A DNA stretch of 30,643 bases from Polyangiaceae bacterium (lineage in GTDB: Bacteria > Myxococcota_A > Polyangia > Polyangiales > Polyangiaceae), in assembly GCA_044222475.1 (NCBI GenBank), contig JBGANF010000099.1, positions 1-30,643 of the forward strand, written 5' to 3'. The notes below the pieces were generated by a model. The model was not told where the DNA came from, did not search any database, and saw only the letters and a program-made list of their open reading frames with translations. Numbering within the stretch: the first letter of the stretch is position 1; every line of letters begins with the position of its first letter. The position numbers and the translations under genes were made by a program. Of the stretch, positions 7,825-17,740 are shown piece by piece.

Positions 7825-8852
7825 AGACACAAAGGCTCTGCCTCGCGCTCGCGTTCGCCACGTCGCTTCCGTTTTTCGCCTGCGGTCCGGACAAGCCGGC
7901 CAACACCGACGGCGTCGGTCCCACGCCCTCGGGGTCGACCACCACGCCGGTCGCGAGCACGACGGCGACGGTCGCTCCTCCTTCCAGCCCCGACACGGCA
8001 CGCGGGATCAAGGCGCTCGAGGACGGTGATCTCAAAGGAGCGCGCGCTGCGTTCGAGGCGGCCGTGCAGAAGAACCCGAAGGACGCCGATGCGCAGTACT
8101 ACCTCGCCGTCACTCTCGACAAAGGTGGCGATCGAGCGGGCGCGGAGAAGGGCTATCGCGAGGCGCTGAAGCTCAAACCCGACATGGACGAAGCAGCGAC
8201 GAACCTCGCGGCGATGCTCGTCGAGGGCGAAAAGTGGGACGAGGCGATCGCGCTGCTCAAGCCCGCGGTGGGACGCCACCCGACCGACGCCGGGTTGCAC
8301 ACGAACCTCGCGCTGGCGCTCGCCGGCAAGGGCGACGCCGCCGGCGCGACGGCGGAGTTCGACGCCGCGGTGAAGCTGACCCCGAGCGACGCGATGCTCC
8401 TCTTCACCTACGGGCACGCGCTCGCGGTGCTCAAGCAGACCGACGCAGCGGTCGCGAAGCTGAAGCTCGCCCGCGACGCCGCCGGCAACCAGGCCGATCT
8501 GCTCGCCGGCATCGGCCACGAGCTCCTGCTCCTCCGCGCCGTGCCGGACTGCATCGCGACGTTCGACAAGGCGATCACCGTGAAGGACTCGGCCGCCGCG
8601 AGGACCGAGCGCGCGATGTGCAAGATCGCCGCGAAGGACGACGCCGGCGCCGTCGCCGATCTCCAAGCAGCGACCAAGGCCGAGCCAAATTTCGCGCTCG
8701 CGCACTACTGGCTCGGGACGCGCCTCGGCGCGGCGAAGAAGTGGGCCGACGCGATCAAGGAGTTCGAGGCCTACCTCAAGATCGAGCCGACCGGGCCCAA
8801 GGCCGACGCGGCGAAAGCCGGGATCGCGACCGCGAAGAAGGGCGGCAAGTGA
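7821..8852 (+). CDS. TPR-repeat lipoprotein
   Basis: Lipobox FFAC; repeated TPR helices (AQYYLA, YREALKLKP, AHYWLG, YLKIEP); ATGA overlap with the glnD stop. Confidence 0.9.
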   Translation: MKTQRLCLALAFATSLPFFACGPDKPANTDGVGPTPSGSTTTPVASTTATVAPPSSPDTARGIKALEDGDLKGARAAFEAAVQKNPKDADAQYYLAVTLDKGGDRAGAEKGYREALKLKPDMDEAATNLAAMLVEGEKWDEAIALLKPAVGRHPTDAGLHTNLALALAGKGDAAGATAEFDAAVKLTPSDAMLLFTYGHALAVLKQTDAAVAKLKLARDAAGNQADLLAGIGHELLLLRAVPDCIATFDKAITVKDSAAARTERAMCKIAAKDDAGAVADLQAATKAEPNFALAHYWLGTRLGAAKKWADAIKEFEAYLKIEPTGPKADAAKAGIATAKKGGK

Positions 8853-8859
8853 CGAAGCG

Positions 8860-9696
8860 TCAGTGGAAGCCGCGGATCACGCGGCCCACGTCGCCTTCTC
8901 GCTGACCGACGGCCACGAGCGCTCCGGATCCGTCGAGCCAAGCATGCGGACCGTCCCCAAATGGGACGATGCCGGTCGCCGGGACGGGCTTGCCGACTCG
9001 CGCCGCTGCGACGGCCGCGTCGTCGAGGACTGCCGTCGGTAGGGCCTTTGCCGCCGCGGCTGCGACGCCCAACGCCGTCTCGCCGACGTCGCCGAGCGTG
9101 AAGGCCCCCGAGCGAGTGCGACGAAGGGCCGTGACGTGACCGACGGTTCCGAGCGACGCTGCGAGGTCCCGCGCGAGGCTGCGCACGTAGTAGCCCTTCG
9201 CGCAAACGACCCGCGCGTCGATCTCGCGTTCGCGGGTCGCGAGCACCTCGAGGTCGCGGAGCTCCACCGGCCGCGGCGCGAGCTCCACGATCTCGCCGCG
9301 GCGCGCGCGCTCGTGCGCGCGGGCCCCGTCCTTGTGGATCGCCGAGAACGTCGGCGGAACCTGCTCGGTTCGAGAGCGTTCGGCGGCGACGGCGCGCGGA
9401 AGATCGGTGACCCAGTCGTCCGGTACCAACTTGGTATCATCCACGGGGGACCCGGCGTCGAGCGTCGGAGTCGATTCGCCGAGGCGGATCGTGACGAGGT
9501 ACTCCTTGTCCGCCGCCGTCAACCACGGGACGAGCTTCGTCGCTTCGCCGACGCACACGACGAGGACCCCGCTCGCGAGAGGATCGAGCGTCCCGGCGTG
9601 GCCGATCGCCTTCGTCGAGAGCTTCTTGCGCAGACGCGCGACCACGTCGTGGCTCGTCGGCCCGACGGGCTTGTCGACGACGAGCACGCAGTTCAT
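8860..9696 (-). CDS. truB: tRNA pseudouridine(55) synthase
   Basis: VDKPVGPTSHDVV, GHAGTLDPLASGVL, QVPPTFSAIHKDG, KGYYVRSLARD, LRRTRSG. Confidence 0.96.
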   Translation of the reverse strand: MNCVLVVDKPVGPTSHDVVARLRKKLSTKAIGHAGTLDPLASGVLVVCVGEATKLVPWLTAADKEYLVTIRLGESTPTLDAGSPVDDTKLVPDDWVTDLPRAVAAERSRTEQVPPTFSAIHKDGARAHERARRGEIVELAPRPVELRDLEVLATREREIDARVVCAKGYYVRSLARDLAASLGTVGHVTALRRTRSGAFTLGDVGETALGVAAAAAKALPTAVLDDAAVAAARVGKPVPATGIVPFGDGPHAWLDGSGALVAVGQREGDVGRVIRGFH

Positions 9697-9706
9697 CGGT
9701 CGCCCG

Positions 9707-10915
9707 TCATCGAAAGAAGACGGACCGTCGAGTCGCCACCATGTCGTCGACCATCGTCTGGATCGTGCCGCGAACGCGCTCGGCCAGGCGACCCACGAGG
9801 ATCTCGTCGCTCTCGGCGGCGGCGCCGAACTCGCTGACGTCGATCGGCTCGCCGAAGCGGATTCGCCACTTCGTCGGCGCGGGGAGCAGCCCGAGAGGCC
9901 CGAGGAGCGGGAACGTCGCCGTGACCGGCACGTACGGCACGCCGAGCGCCTTCGACAGCGCCTCGATGCGGAAGAGCATCGGGTTCGTCTCCTCGGCGCC
10001 GACGATTGCGACCGGGACGATCGGGGTCTGGGTGCGGAGCGCCAGCTTCACGAAGCCGCCTCGGCCGAAGCGCTGGAGCTTGTAGCGATCACGGAAGAGC
10101 TTGCCGATCCCCTTCGTCCCTTCGGGGAACACGGCGACCAGCGCTTCTTTCGCGAGGAGGCGCTCGGCGTTCTCTTGGCAGGCGCGGACGGCTCCGATGC
10201 GGTTCGAGAACGATCCCAAAAAGGGAAAATGGAAGACGAAGTCCTCGGCGAGCCAGCGCACCTCGCGCCCTGGTGAGCCTGCCTCGTCGGTGCGGAGCGT
10301 CATCTTCAGCATCACGCCGTCGAAGGGCACCGTGCCGGAGTGGTTGGCGACCAGGAGACAGCGGCCGGTGCGCGGGACGCGCTCCTTGCCCTCGGCCTCG
10401 ACCCGAAACCACGTCTTGTGGAGGAACTCGAAGAGCGGTCGAGCCTTCTCGTCGTAGACGGGGTCGTAGCCGAAGTCGTCGACCTCCTCGGAGCGATCGC
10501 GCATGGCGAGTCGGCCCCATTTGCGGAGGTAGAAGTCGGTGCTGAGGAGCTCGCGCGCGGTGTCGAAGACCGTCGGCTCGACGTCCTCGTCGGAGGGCGC
10601 TGGCGGAGAGGTGGGCGCGCGTCGCGCGCTCGGCGGAGGGGCGTCGCTCCCATCGGGCGGCGACGGGGGTGCGTGCGCTGCCTCGCCGATGAGCTTCTCG
10701 ACGCGGCGCTCGAGCTCGCGGATCTCGCGCAGTGCGTCTTGGTCGGCGACGACCTCGGCGTCGGCCACGGGCTCGACCGGCGGCGCCGACGGGCGCGGCG
10801 GACGGACCGAGCGCTTGCGCGGTGGCTTTTCGCTGGGGCGCGCCTTCGCCTTCGCCTTCGTCGCCGGCGTCGTCGTCTTGGGGGTCTTCTTCGGTTTCGC
10901 TCGCTTCGCGGTCAT
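9707..10915 (-). CDS. Lysophospholipid/PlsC-family acyltransferase with long low-complexity N-terminus
   Basis: NHSGTVPFDG (HxxxxD-like), VFPEG, FGRGGFVKLA, PIVPVAIVGAEE. Confidence 0.9.
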   Translation of the reverse strand: MTAKRAKPKKTPKTTTPATKAKAKARPSEKPPRKRSVRPPRPSAPPVEPVADAEVVADQDALREIRELERRVEKLIGEAAHAPPSPPDGSDAPPPSARRAPTSPPAPSDEDVEPTVFDTARELLSTDFYLRKWGRLAMRDRSEEVDDFGYDPVYDEKARPLFEFLHKTWFRVEAEGKERVPRTGRCLLVANHSGTVPFDGVMLKMTLRTDEAGSPGREVRWLAEDFVFHFPFLGSFSNRIGAVRACQENAERLLAKEALVAVFPEGTKGIGKLFRDRYKLQRFGRGGFVKLALRTQTPIVPVAIVGAEETNPMLFRIEALSKALGVPYVPVTATFPLLGPLGLLPAPTKWRIRFGEPIDVSEFGAAAESDEILVGRLAERVRGTIQTMVDDMVATRRSVFFR

Positions 10916-10916
10916 C

Positions 10917-11942
10917 TCATGCCTCCGAGAGGAGCTTCACGTCGCGCAGGCGCTGGGCGCTCACGAAGTCGAGGAGTGCTTCGCGCGTCGTGTAGGCGGG
11001 GCGGAACCCCATCTCCCGCTGCGCTCGCTCGCCGTCGGCGACGCAGAGGAAGCGGAGGTAGGGCAGAAACGCCTCTGGGGCTTCGGCGAGGCCGGCCATC
11101 CACAGCGCCGCCGTCATGGGGGCGGCGATCGGGTGAGGGATCGGGAGCGCGACGCGCCCGGCGAGCTTGATCACCGTGCTGAGCGGGAGCACCCCTTCGC
11201 CGACGACGTTGTACGTTCCTGGTACGTCGCGCTCGACCGCGAGCTTGAACGCGGCGATCGCGTCGACCTCGTGGACGAATTGGAGGAGCGGATCGAAGCC
11301 CATCATCGTGGGCACGATGCGGCGCGAGAGGTAGCGGGTCAGGTAGCTTCGAGTCGTCGGGCCGAGGATGGGCGCGGTGCGCAGGATGGTGACGGTCGCT
11401 CCTGGAGCCCGCTCCGCGAAGCGCCGCGCTTCCTCCTCCGCGGCGATCTTGTCGCCGAAGTACGGTTCGTCGGCCGGCGCGCGGAGCGGGTGCTTCTCGG
11501 TGAGGAAGTTCGGGTTCGTCGCGTGGGCGCCGTAGAGCATCGTCTGCGACCAGAGGACGAGCTTCTTCACGTTCGCTTGCCGAGCGGCGACGAGCGTGTG
11601 CATCGTGCCGACGCTCTCGAGCTCGTGAGCCCACGCCGTCGCGGTCGTCGGCGAGTCGAGGAACGCGAGGTGGACGAGCACGCTCGCCCGCTCGGCGGTG
11701 AGGATCTCCGCCAAGCGCGCATCGGCCGCGGGTTCGGTGGGATCGACCTGGTAGACTCGCGTGCGGTCGCCGGCGGCGCGCGGCGCGGTGGTGTCGATCG
11801 CGACCACGCGACCGAAGCGCCGGTCCTCCTCGAGCAGCCCGATCAAGTTCGTGCCGAGGAACGTCGCCGCGCCGGTCACGGCCACGACGGGGGCGTCCTT
11901 GCGCGCGAGCTTGGCACTCAGCGTGGGCGTCGGCGCGGTCAT
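10917..11942 (-). CDS. NAD-dependent epimerase/dehydratase (extended SDR)
   Basis: VAVTGAATFLG Rossmann-like motif, LVHLA, YFGDK (YxxxK), QFVHEVD, YNVVG. Start at ATG 11942. Confidence 0.88.
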   Translation of the reverse strand: MTAPTPTLSAKLARKDAPVVAVTGAATFLGTNLIGLLEEDRRFGRVVAIDTTAPRAAGDRTRVYQVDPTEPAADARLAEILTAERASVLVHLAFLDSPTTATAWAHELESVGTMHTLVAARQANVKKLVLWSQTMLYGAHATNPNFLTEKHPLRAPADEPYFGDKIAAEEEARRFAERAPGATVTILRTAPILGPTTRSYLTRYLSRRIVPTMMGFDPLLQFVHEVDAIAAFKLAVERDVPGTYNVVGEGVLPLSTVIKLAGRVALPIPHPIAAPMTAALWMAGLAEAPEAFLPYLRFLCVADGERAQREMGFRPAYTTREALLDFVSAQRLRDVKLLSEA

Positions 11943-12000
11943 CGGCGCGCAACCTAACTCGAAAGCGGTCCGAGGAAAAAGGGTGATATCCTTCGCGAAG

Positions 12001-14001
12001 GTGACCGTCCCCGGAGCTCCAGAGCGGCTAGGGCCATACGAGCTGGTCGAACGGATCGCCACTGGCGGCATGGCCGAGGTGTACCTCGCACGCCGCGCCG
12101 GCCCGCACGGGTTCCAGAAGACCGTCGCGGTCAAGCGCATCCTCCCGCAGCTCGCGAGCGACCCCGAGTTCGTCGCGATGTTCGTCGACGAGGCCCGGGT
12201 CTGCGCGCGGCTGAGCCACCCGAACATCGTTCAAGTGTTCGATTTCGGCGAGGAAGCTGGCGAGCTCTTCATGGCGATGGAGTTCGTCGACGGCACCACC
12301 GGCGCGCGCCTCATCCGGGCGGCCGCCGCCCGCGGCGAGGACATCCCCCTCGAGGTTTCGCTCCACGTCGCCCTCAGCATCCTCCGCGGGCTCGAGTACG
12401 CGCACAGCGCGCGCGACGACGCGGGGAAGCCGCTCCACCTCGTCCACCGCGACGTCTCCCCCGGCAACGTCCTCATCGATCGCTCCGGCGCGGTGAAGCT
12501 CACCGACTTCGGCATCGCGCGCGCGGCCGAGTTCGAGCGGCGCACCGACGCCGGGCAGCTCAAAGGCAAGCTCGGGTACATGTCGCCCGAGCAGGTCGTC
12601 GGCAAGGAGCTGGACGGTCGGAGCGATCTCTTCACCGTGGCAATCGTCTTGGCCGAGCTCGTCACCGTGCGCCCCCTGTTCTCCGGCGGTCGCGAGCTCG
12701 ACGTCCTCCTTCGCATTCGCGACGCCGACCTCACCACGATCGATCGCAACGCTGGCCGCGTCCCCGACGACGTGCGCGAGGTGCTGTACCGCGCGCTCGC
12801 GAAGGATCGGGATCTCCGCTACCCGACGGCGGCCGCGTTCGCGGACGCCCTCGAGGAGATCGTGCGCCGGCGACGGCTGAGCGTGGGTCCGTCGCGTCTG
12901 GCCACGTGGATCGAGCGCCTGGGGCTCGCGGAGCGAGGCGTCCAAGAGGACGAAGACACGGGCGAGACCGGGCGGCGCATCACCGCAGTCGTCGAGATCG
13001 AGCCGACGACGCAGGGGACCACGCGCGAGTCCGAGCGACCCACGGCCCCGCAGAGCGAGCAACGCGACGTCTCCCCGACGATCTACCGCGTCAAGTTCGC
13101 CAACGGTACCATTTTGGGACCAATGTCCTACCCGCGGCTGATCGAGCTGTTCGCCACCGGGAGGGCGTCGGCGGCGACGCCGATCTCGCGCGAAGGAGGG
13201 ACGTTCAAGGACCCGGTCCGCTTCGACGAGCTCTCACGCTTCGTCACGAGCCCCGCGTTCCATTGGGACGACGGGCTTCCGAAGGAGTCGATCCAGCGCG
13301 GACCGGTGGAGCGTCGCACGCTGCCGGCGCGGCTCTTTCGGATCGCCTTCGAGCGCGAGACCGGCGCGCTGATGCTCCACGACGGCGCGCGCCGGAAGAA
13401 GATCTATTTCGTCGAGGGAGCGCCGGAGTACGTCGCGTCGACCGAGAAGAAGGAGCTCCTCGGCGAGCACCTCGTCGCCCGAGGGCAGGTGCTCCGCATG
13501 GAGGTCGACATGGCGCTCGCGATGTTGCCGAAGTTCGGCGGGCGCATCGGCGACGCGCTCGTCGGGCTCGGCGTGCTGCGCCCGATCGAGCTGTTCCGGG
13601 CGATCCACGAGCAGACCCAGGATCGCTTCCTCGAGGTGTTCCGCTGGACGAGCGGAGAGATTGGCTTCGTACGCGGTGCGCGCTCGCAGGAGGAGATGTT
13701 CCCCCACGGCGTGGATCCCTACCTGCTCCTCGCGCGCGGCGTGCGCGACGGCTATGAGGCCGACGAGCTCCAGAAGCTCCTCGCGCCGATCGACGAGACG
13801 CCGCTCGAGCAGGTCGTCCTGCCGCCGGTTCGAGTCGAGGCCTTCCGGCTGAGCGATCGCGAGCTGCGCATCCTGCGCGCGGTCGACGGCATCGTGACGG
13901 TCAAGGGGCTCGTCGCGCAGAACCCGACCTACGTCGCGGACGTGCTCCGCGCCCTCTTCATGGGGCTGTCGTTCCAGCTGATCCGCGCGAAGGGGTTCTG
14001 A
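12001..14001 (+). CDS. Ser/Thr protein kinase with GYF_2-like and C-terminal DUF4388/PATAN-like domains
   Basis: IATGGMAEVY, VAVKRI, HRDVSPGN, DFG, KGKLGYMSPEQ; then YRVKFANGTILGPMS (GYF_2-like) and RETGALML..KKIYFVEGAP..LLGEHLV..FRWTSG (DUF4388-like). Start GTG 12001, with GTG 11983 as an alternative. Confidence 0.93.
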   Translation: MTVPGAPERLGPYELVERIATGGMAEVYLARRAGPHGFQKTVAVKRILPQLASDPEFVAMFVDEARVCARLSHPNIVQVFDFGEEAGELFMAMEFVDGTTGARLIRAAAARGEDIPLEVSLHVALSILRGLEYAHSARDDAGKPLHLVHRDVSPGNVLIDRSGAVKLTDFGIARAAEFERRTDAGQLKGKLGYMSPEQVVGKELDGRSDLFTVAIVLAELVTVRPLFSGGRELDVLLRIRDADLTTIDRNAGRVPDDVREVLYRALAKDRDLRYPTAAAFADALEEIVRRRRLSVGPSRLATWIERLGLAERGVQEDEDTGETGRRITAVVEIEPTTQGTTRESERPTAPQSEQRDVSPTIYRVKFANGTILGPMSYPRLIELFATGRASAATPISREGGTFKDPVRFDELSRFVTSPAFHWDDGLPKESIQRGPVERRTLPARLFRIAFERETGALMLHDGARRKKIYFVEGAPEYVASTEKKELLGEHLVARGQVLRMEVDMALAMLPKFGGRIGDALVGLGVLRPIELFRAIHEQTQDRFLEVFRWTSGEIGFVRGARSQEEMFPHGVDPYLLLARGVRDGYEADELQKLLAPIDETPLEQVVLPPVRVEAFRLSDRELRILRAVDGIVTVKGLVAQNPTYVADVLRALFMGLSFQLIRAKGF

Positions 14002-14023
14002 GGCCGGTTCTCGATGGCGCCCC

Positions 14024-15880
14024 TCACTCGGCCGCGGGCGTGAACGTCGAAACGCGAAGCTTCCGATACAGGCTCCGCTTCTTGTAGTGGTGCTTCTCCA
14101 TCCGTCGCAGGATGTCCACCAAGACCACGACCGCACGATCCACGAACGGTCCCTTGTTGAGCATGACGCACTCCGCGGCGACGCCAGCGGCAGCGTCCGT
14201 CACCTCCGCCCGGGACGGGATTCCGGTCCGGGCGAGCGTGTCGAGGACCTGCGTGGCCCAGATCGCCGGGACGTGGCTCGCTTCGCAGAGCCACAGGATC
14301 TCCTCTTGGAGCTCGGCGAGGCGCTCGAAGCCGACCTCGACGGCGAGATCTCCGCGGGCGATCATGATGGCGAGCGGAGTGCGGCGGAGTCCCTCGAGGA
14401 GAATCCGAGGAAGGTTCTCGAAGCCGGCGCGCGTCTCGATCTTGAGCACGATCCCGATGTCGTGGCGACCGAGGCGGCCGAGCGCGCGATGCAGCTGGTG
14501 AACGTCGTCGGCGGTACGGACGAAGGAGAGACCGACGGCGTCCGCGTGCTTGGCGACGAAGGAGAGCGCACGATGATCCTCCTCGGTGAGGCTGGGCACC
14601 GTCGTTCGGGTATCGGGGAGGTTGATCCCCTTCTCGGGCTTGAGCTTCGCGATCTCCCGCTGCGTCCGCACGATTCGGAGCAGGAACTTCTCGCCGCGCT
14701 CGATGACACGCACGACGACGCCGTGGATGGTGCCGTCGTCGAAGAAGACCCGATGGCCCTCGTCCAGGTGGGTCAGGGCCGACGGGAGGGTGCAGGCGAC
14801 GACGCCGCACGCGTCCACGCGGCCGTCTTTTCCCAGCCTCGCAGCGCGGCCTTCGCCGCCCGCGGTGAGGACGAGCTCGTCGCCTTCGCGTACCTCGATC
14901 GCTGCAGCGGACGTGCCAGCGACGAGACGCAGCCGTCCGACTCGAACCCCACGGCGGAGTATCGACGCTTGCGCCTCGTCGAGGACGTATGCGCGATCGT
15001 GCGCCACCGCCACGATCACGTCTTCGCGGATCTCGCGGACGACGAGCTTTCGCTTCTTCTTGCGCGCGTCGCGGAACCGAAGGACGTCGCCGAGCCGCAG
15101 CTTCGCCAGCGCGCCCGATCCGACGAAGAGCGTCGGTTCGGTCGCGTCCGGCTTGTCTCCGTGGCATCGAAGGACGACGCGCGCCGGTTCGATTGCGCGA
15201 CCCACGGCGTCGCGCTTGGGCTTCCACGTCGCCAGGCGTAGCGCATCGGTGATGCCTCCCGTGCGGATCTTGGGCCCGGCGAGGTCCATCAAGATGCGGC
15301 ACTCTCGCCCGGTCTCGGTGCGCGCGGCGTCGAGGGCGTTCACGACCTGCAGCCACTCGGCGGCCTGCTCGTGAGCGCAGTTGATCCGCAGCACGTTCAT
15401 CCCGGCTTGCAGCATCCGGCTCATCCACTCGCGGTCGGCTTCCTTCGCCGACGGCGCCGTGACCATGACGTAGATGTGACGGTCGTCGGGTCGAGGCCCG
15501 AGGATCGCGCGCGTGTTGCGGTGCAGGGTCTGCTGGGCCGCGTCCCACGTCGTCTCGTTGGCGCGCCGGTCGAGCCGAGCGAGCCTCTTCTTCGCGCTCG
15601 CGTCACCGAGGAGTGCAAGCGCCTCGTACACGCGCGCCGACACTTCGAGAAGACTGCTGCGCACGCAGCTCTCCGAGCGGCCCAGAGACGAGAGGCCGCG
15701 CTGGGAGAGCTGCAGTTGAAGCTCGCGCAGGTCGTCCTGGCGAAGGGCGACGTAATGGACGAGGTTCCGCGCGCTGTCTCGATGCGCGGGCGCCACGCGG
15801 GCGATGGAGGCGCGCATCTCTTTCTCCAGATCGCCGAGCCGGCGGTCGAGGCGCTCGAGCTGCCGCGCGAGCTCCTTCAT
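14024..15880 (-). CDS. pyk: Pyruvate kinase, long atypical form (618 aa)
   Basis: GMNVLRINCAH, MDLAGPKIRTG, KGINLPD, LSFVR, LKIET, MIARGDLAVE, ATQVLD, SRAEVTD, ECVMLN. First suitable ATG at 15880. Confidence 0.9.
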   Translation of the reverse strand: MKELARQLERLDRRLGDLEKEMRASIARVAPAHRDSARNLVHYVALRQDDLRELQLQLSQRGLSSLGRSESCVRSSLLEVSARVYEALALLGDASAKKRLARLDRRANETTWDAAQQTLHRNTRAILGPRPDDRHIYVMVTAPSAKEADREWMSRMLQAGMNVLRINCAHEQAAEWLQVVNALDAARTETGRECRILMDLAGPKIRTGGITDALRLATWKPKRDAVGRAIEPARVVLRCHGDKPDATEPTLFVGSGALAKLRLGDVLRFRDARKKKRKLVVREIREDVIVAVAHDRAYVLDEAQASILRRGVRVGRLRLVAGTSAAAIEVREGDELVLTAGGEGRAARLGKDGRVDACGVVACTLPSALTHLDEGHRVFFDDGTIHGVVVRVIERGEKFLLRIVRTQREIAKLKPEKGINLPDTRTTVPSLTEEDHRALSFVAKHADAVGLSFVRTADDVHQLHRALGRLGRHDIGIVLKIETRAGFENLPRILLEGLRRTPLAIMIARGDLAVEVGFERLAELQEEILWLCEASHVPAIWATQVLDTLARTGIPSRAEVTDAAAGVAAECVMLNKGPFVDRAVVVLVDILRRMEKHHYKKRSLYRKLRVSTFTPAAE

Positions 15881-16035
15881 CCGCTCGCCGCGGTGTGCCC
15901 ATGCCGTTTCGTCGATGCTGCGCGGGAGGGGGTCGTCATCGTGACTTCTGGTGTACGCGTTCTGGCGCGTCGGCGCACCCGCGGGTTTGTGCGCCTCGGT
16001 CGCGTCGGTGACACGACGCTCCGGACCGCAGCTTC

Positions 16036-17046
16036 TCAGTCGAAGCCGAACGCGCGAAGCAGCAGGTAGGTGCCAGCGCTGATCGCGGCCGCACCGGGGA
16101 TGGTCAGGATCCAGGCCCAGACGATGCGCCCGGCGACGCCCCAGCGGACGGCCGAGAGCTTCTGCGTGCTCCCCACGCCGACGATGGCGCCGGTGATCGT
16201 GTGCGTCGTCGACACCGGGATGCCCTTGAAGGTGGCGAGCGCGAGGGTGATCGCGCCGGCAGTCTCGGCGGCGAACCCGCCGACCGGCTGGAGCTTCGTG
16301 ATCTTCATGCCCATCGTCTTCACGATGCGCCAGCCGCCCGACAGCGTGCCGAGGCCCATCGCGAGGTGACACGCGAGGACGACCCAGAAGGGAACGTGCT
16401 GGCTCTGACCCTTCGCGGCGGCAGCGAGGTTGCCGGTCGCGATGAGCGCCATGACGATGATGCCCATCGTCTTCTGTGCGTCGTTGCCGCCGTGGCCGAG
16501 CGAATACAACGCCGCGGACACGAACTGCAGTATCCGGAAATTCTTGTCGACCGAGCGCTGGGAGAATCTCCCGAAGAGGAACCGGATCGCGCTCATCAAG
16601 ACGAAGCCGATGATCCCGCCGAGCACCGGCGCGATCACGATGAACAACCCGGTCTCGCGGAACACCTTCGCGTTGAGGCAGCCGAAGCCGGCCTTCGTGA
16701 TCGCGGCCCCGGCGAGCGAGCCCATGAGCGCGTGGGACGAGGACGACGGCAAGCCGAGCCACCACGTGATCAGGTTCCAGACGATCGCGCCGACGAGCCC
16801 GGCGGCCACGAGCGAGAGCGTGATCGTCACCTTCGTGTTGTCGACGCCCTTCGCGATGTTGCTCGCGACGTGCGTGCTGAAGACGAGGAACGCGATGAAG
16901 TTGAACAGCGCCGCCCAGAGGACGGCCATTCGCGGCGAGAGCACGCGCGTCGACACGATCGTCGCGATCGAGTTCGCGGCGTCGTGGAAGCCGTTGATGT
17001 AATCGAACACCAGAGCCAGGGCGATGATGACGACGAGGCCGGTCAT
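16036..17046 (-). CDS. Inorganic phosphate transporter, PiT family
   Basis: NGFHDAANSIAT, GLPSSSSHAL, HGGNDAQK, PVSTTH signatures; many TM helices. Confidence 0.96.
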   Translation of the reverse strand: MTGLVVIIALALVFDYINGFHDAANSIATIVSTRVLSPRMAVLWAALFNFIAFLVFSTHVASNIAKGVDNTKVTITLSLVAAGLVGAIVWNLITWWLGLPSSSSHALMGSLAGAAITKAGFGCLNAKVFRETGLFIVIAPVLGGIIGFVLMSAIRFLFGRFSQRSVDKNFRILQFVSAALYSLGHGGNDAQKTMGIIVMALIATGNLAAAAKGQSQHVPFWVVLACHLAMGLGTLSGGWRIVKTMGMKITKLQPVGGFAAETAGAITLALATFKGIPVSTTHTITGAIVGVGSTQKLSAVRWGVAGRIVWAWILTIPGAAAISAGTYLLLRAFGFD

Positions 17047-17056
17047 GGGGAAACCC

Positions 17057-17698
17057 TCACGCGTACTCGAGCACGATGCCTTCGATCACGTTGGCGACGT
17101 CCTCGCACGCGTCGGTCGCGTTCTCGAGGTAGTCGTAGATCTCGCGCCACTTCATGACGTCGAGGACGTACGCCGCGTCGGCGGGCTCCTTCGGGTTGAA
17201 GAGCTGACCGAGCGCCTTGCGGTACAGACCGTCGGCCTCGTTCTCGAGGCGATTGACCTCGACGGAGATGTCGAGCATCTCCTTCGCCGACTTCGACACC
17301 GCCGGGAGGTGCTCCGTCGCCTTGGCGATCGACAGGCAGCACTTCACGAGGACCTCGGCGAGCTCCTTTGCCATCGGTTTGGCGGTCTCGAGCTCGAAGA
17401 GGTGCACGCGCTCCGCGACCGCCTCGATCATGTCGAGGACGTCGTCGAGGCTGGTGATGAGCTCGTGGATGTCGTGCCGATCGAGCGGCGTGATCCACGT
17501 CTCGTGAAGGCGCTTCACCGTCTCGTGGGTGATCGTGTCGCCCTTGTTCTCGAGCTGGGTGATGTCTGAGGCGATCCCGGCTGCGCGGTTGGGCTCATCG
17601 AACAGCTCGACGAGCTTGCGTGACGCGTCGACGCAGAGCTTCGCGTGGTCCGAGAACGCGCGGAAGAATTCTTTGTCTTTGTCTGAGGCTCCGAACAT
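17057..17698 (-). CDS. DUF47 / PhoU-like Pit accessory protein
   Basis: LENKGD..ITPLDRHDI..LDDVLD..LENEAD..KWREIYDYLENATDACED; directly upstream of the PiT gene. Confidence 0.93.
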   Translation of the reverse strand: MFGASDKDKEFFRAFSDHAKLCVDASRKLVELFDEPNRAAGIASDITQLENKGDTITHETVKRLHETWITPLDRHDIHELITSLDDVLDMIEAVAERVHLFELETAKPMAKELAEVLVKCCLSIAKATEHLPAVSKSAKEMLDISVEVNRLENEADGLYRKALGQLFNPKEPADAAYVLDVMKWREIYDYLENATDACEDVANVIEGIVLEYA

Positions 17699-17740
17699 CT
17701 TGGCGCGAAACCTAAGGGCCCAGGCCCGTCAGGCCAAGCG

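Noticed and set aside
4558..8001. 1147-aa minus-strand ORF and the other long Arg/Ala-rich ORFs (e.g. 2945..4612, 13929..15548, 24146..25981)
   Set aside because: Shadow frames of real genes in high-GC DNA. Only the last 186 codons of the first ORF are a real OmpA gene.
14024..16765. 913-aa PiT-pyruvate kinase fusion or frameshift
   Set aside because: The PiT gene is complete in another frame with its own stop at 16036; the upstream extension is just a stop-free alternate frame.
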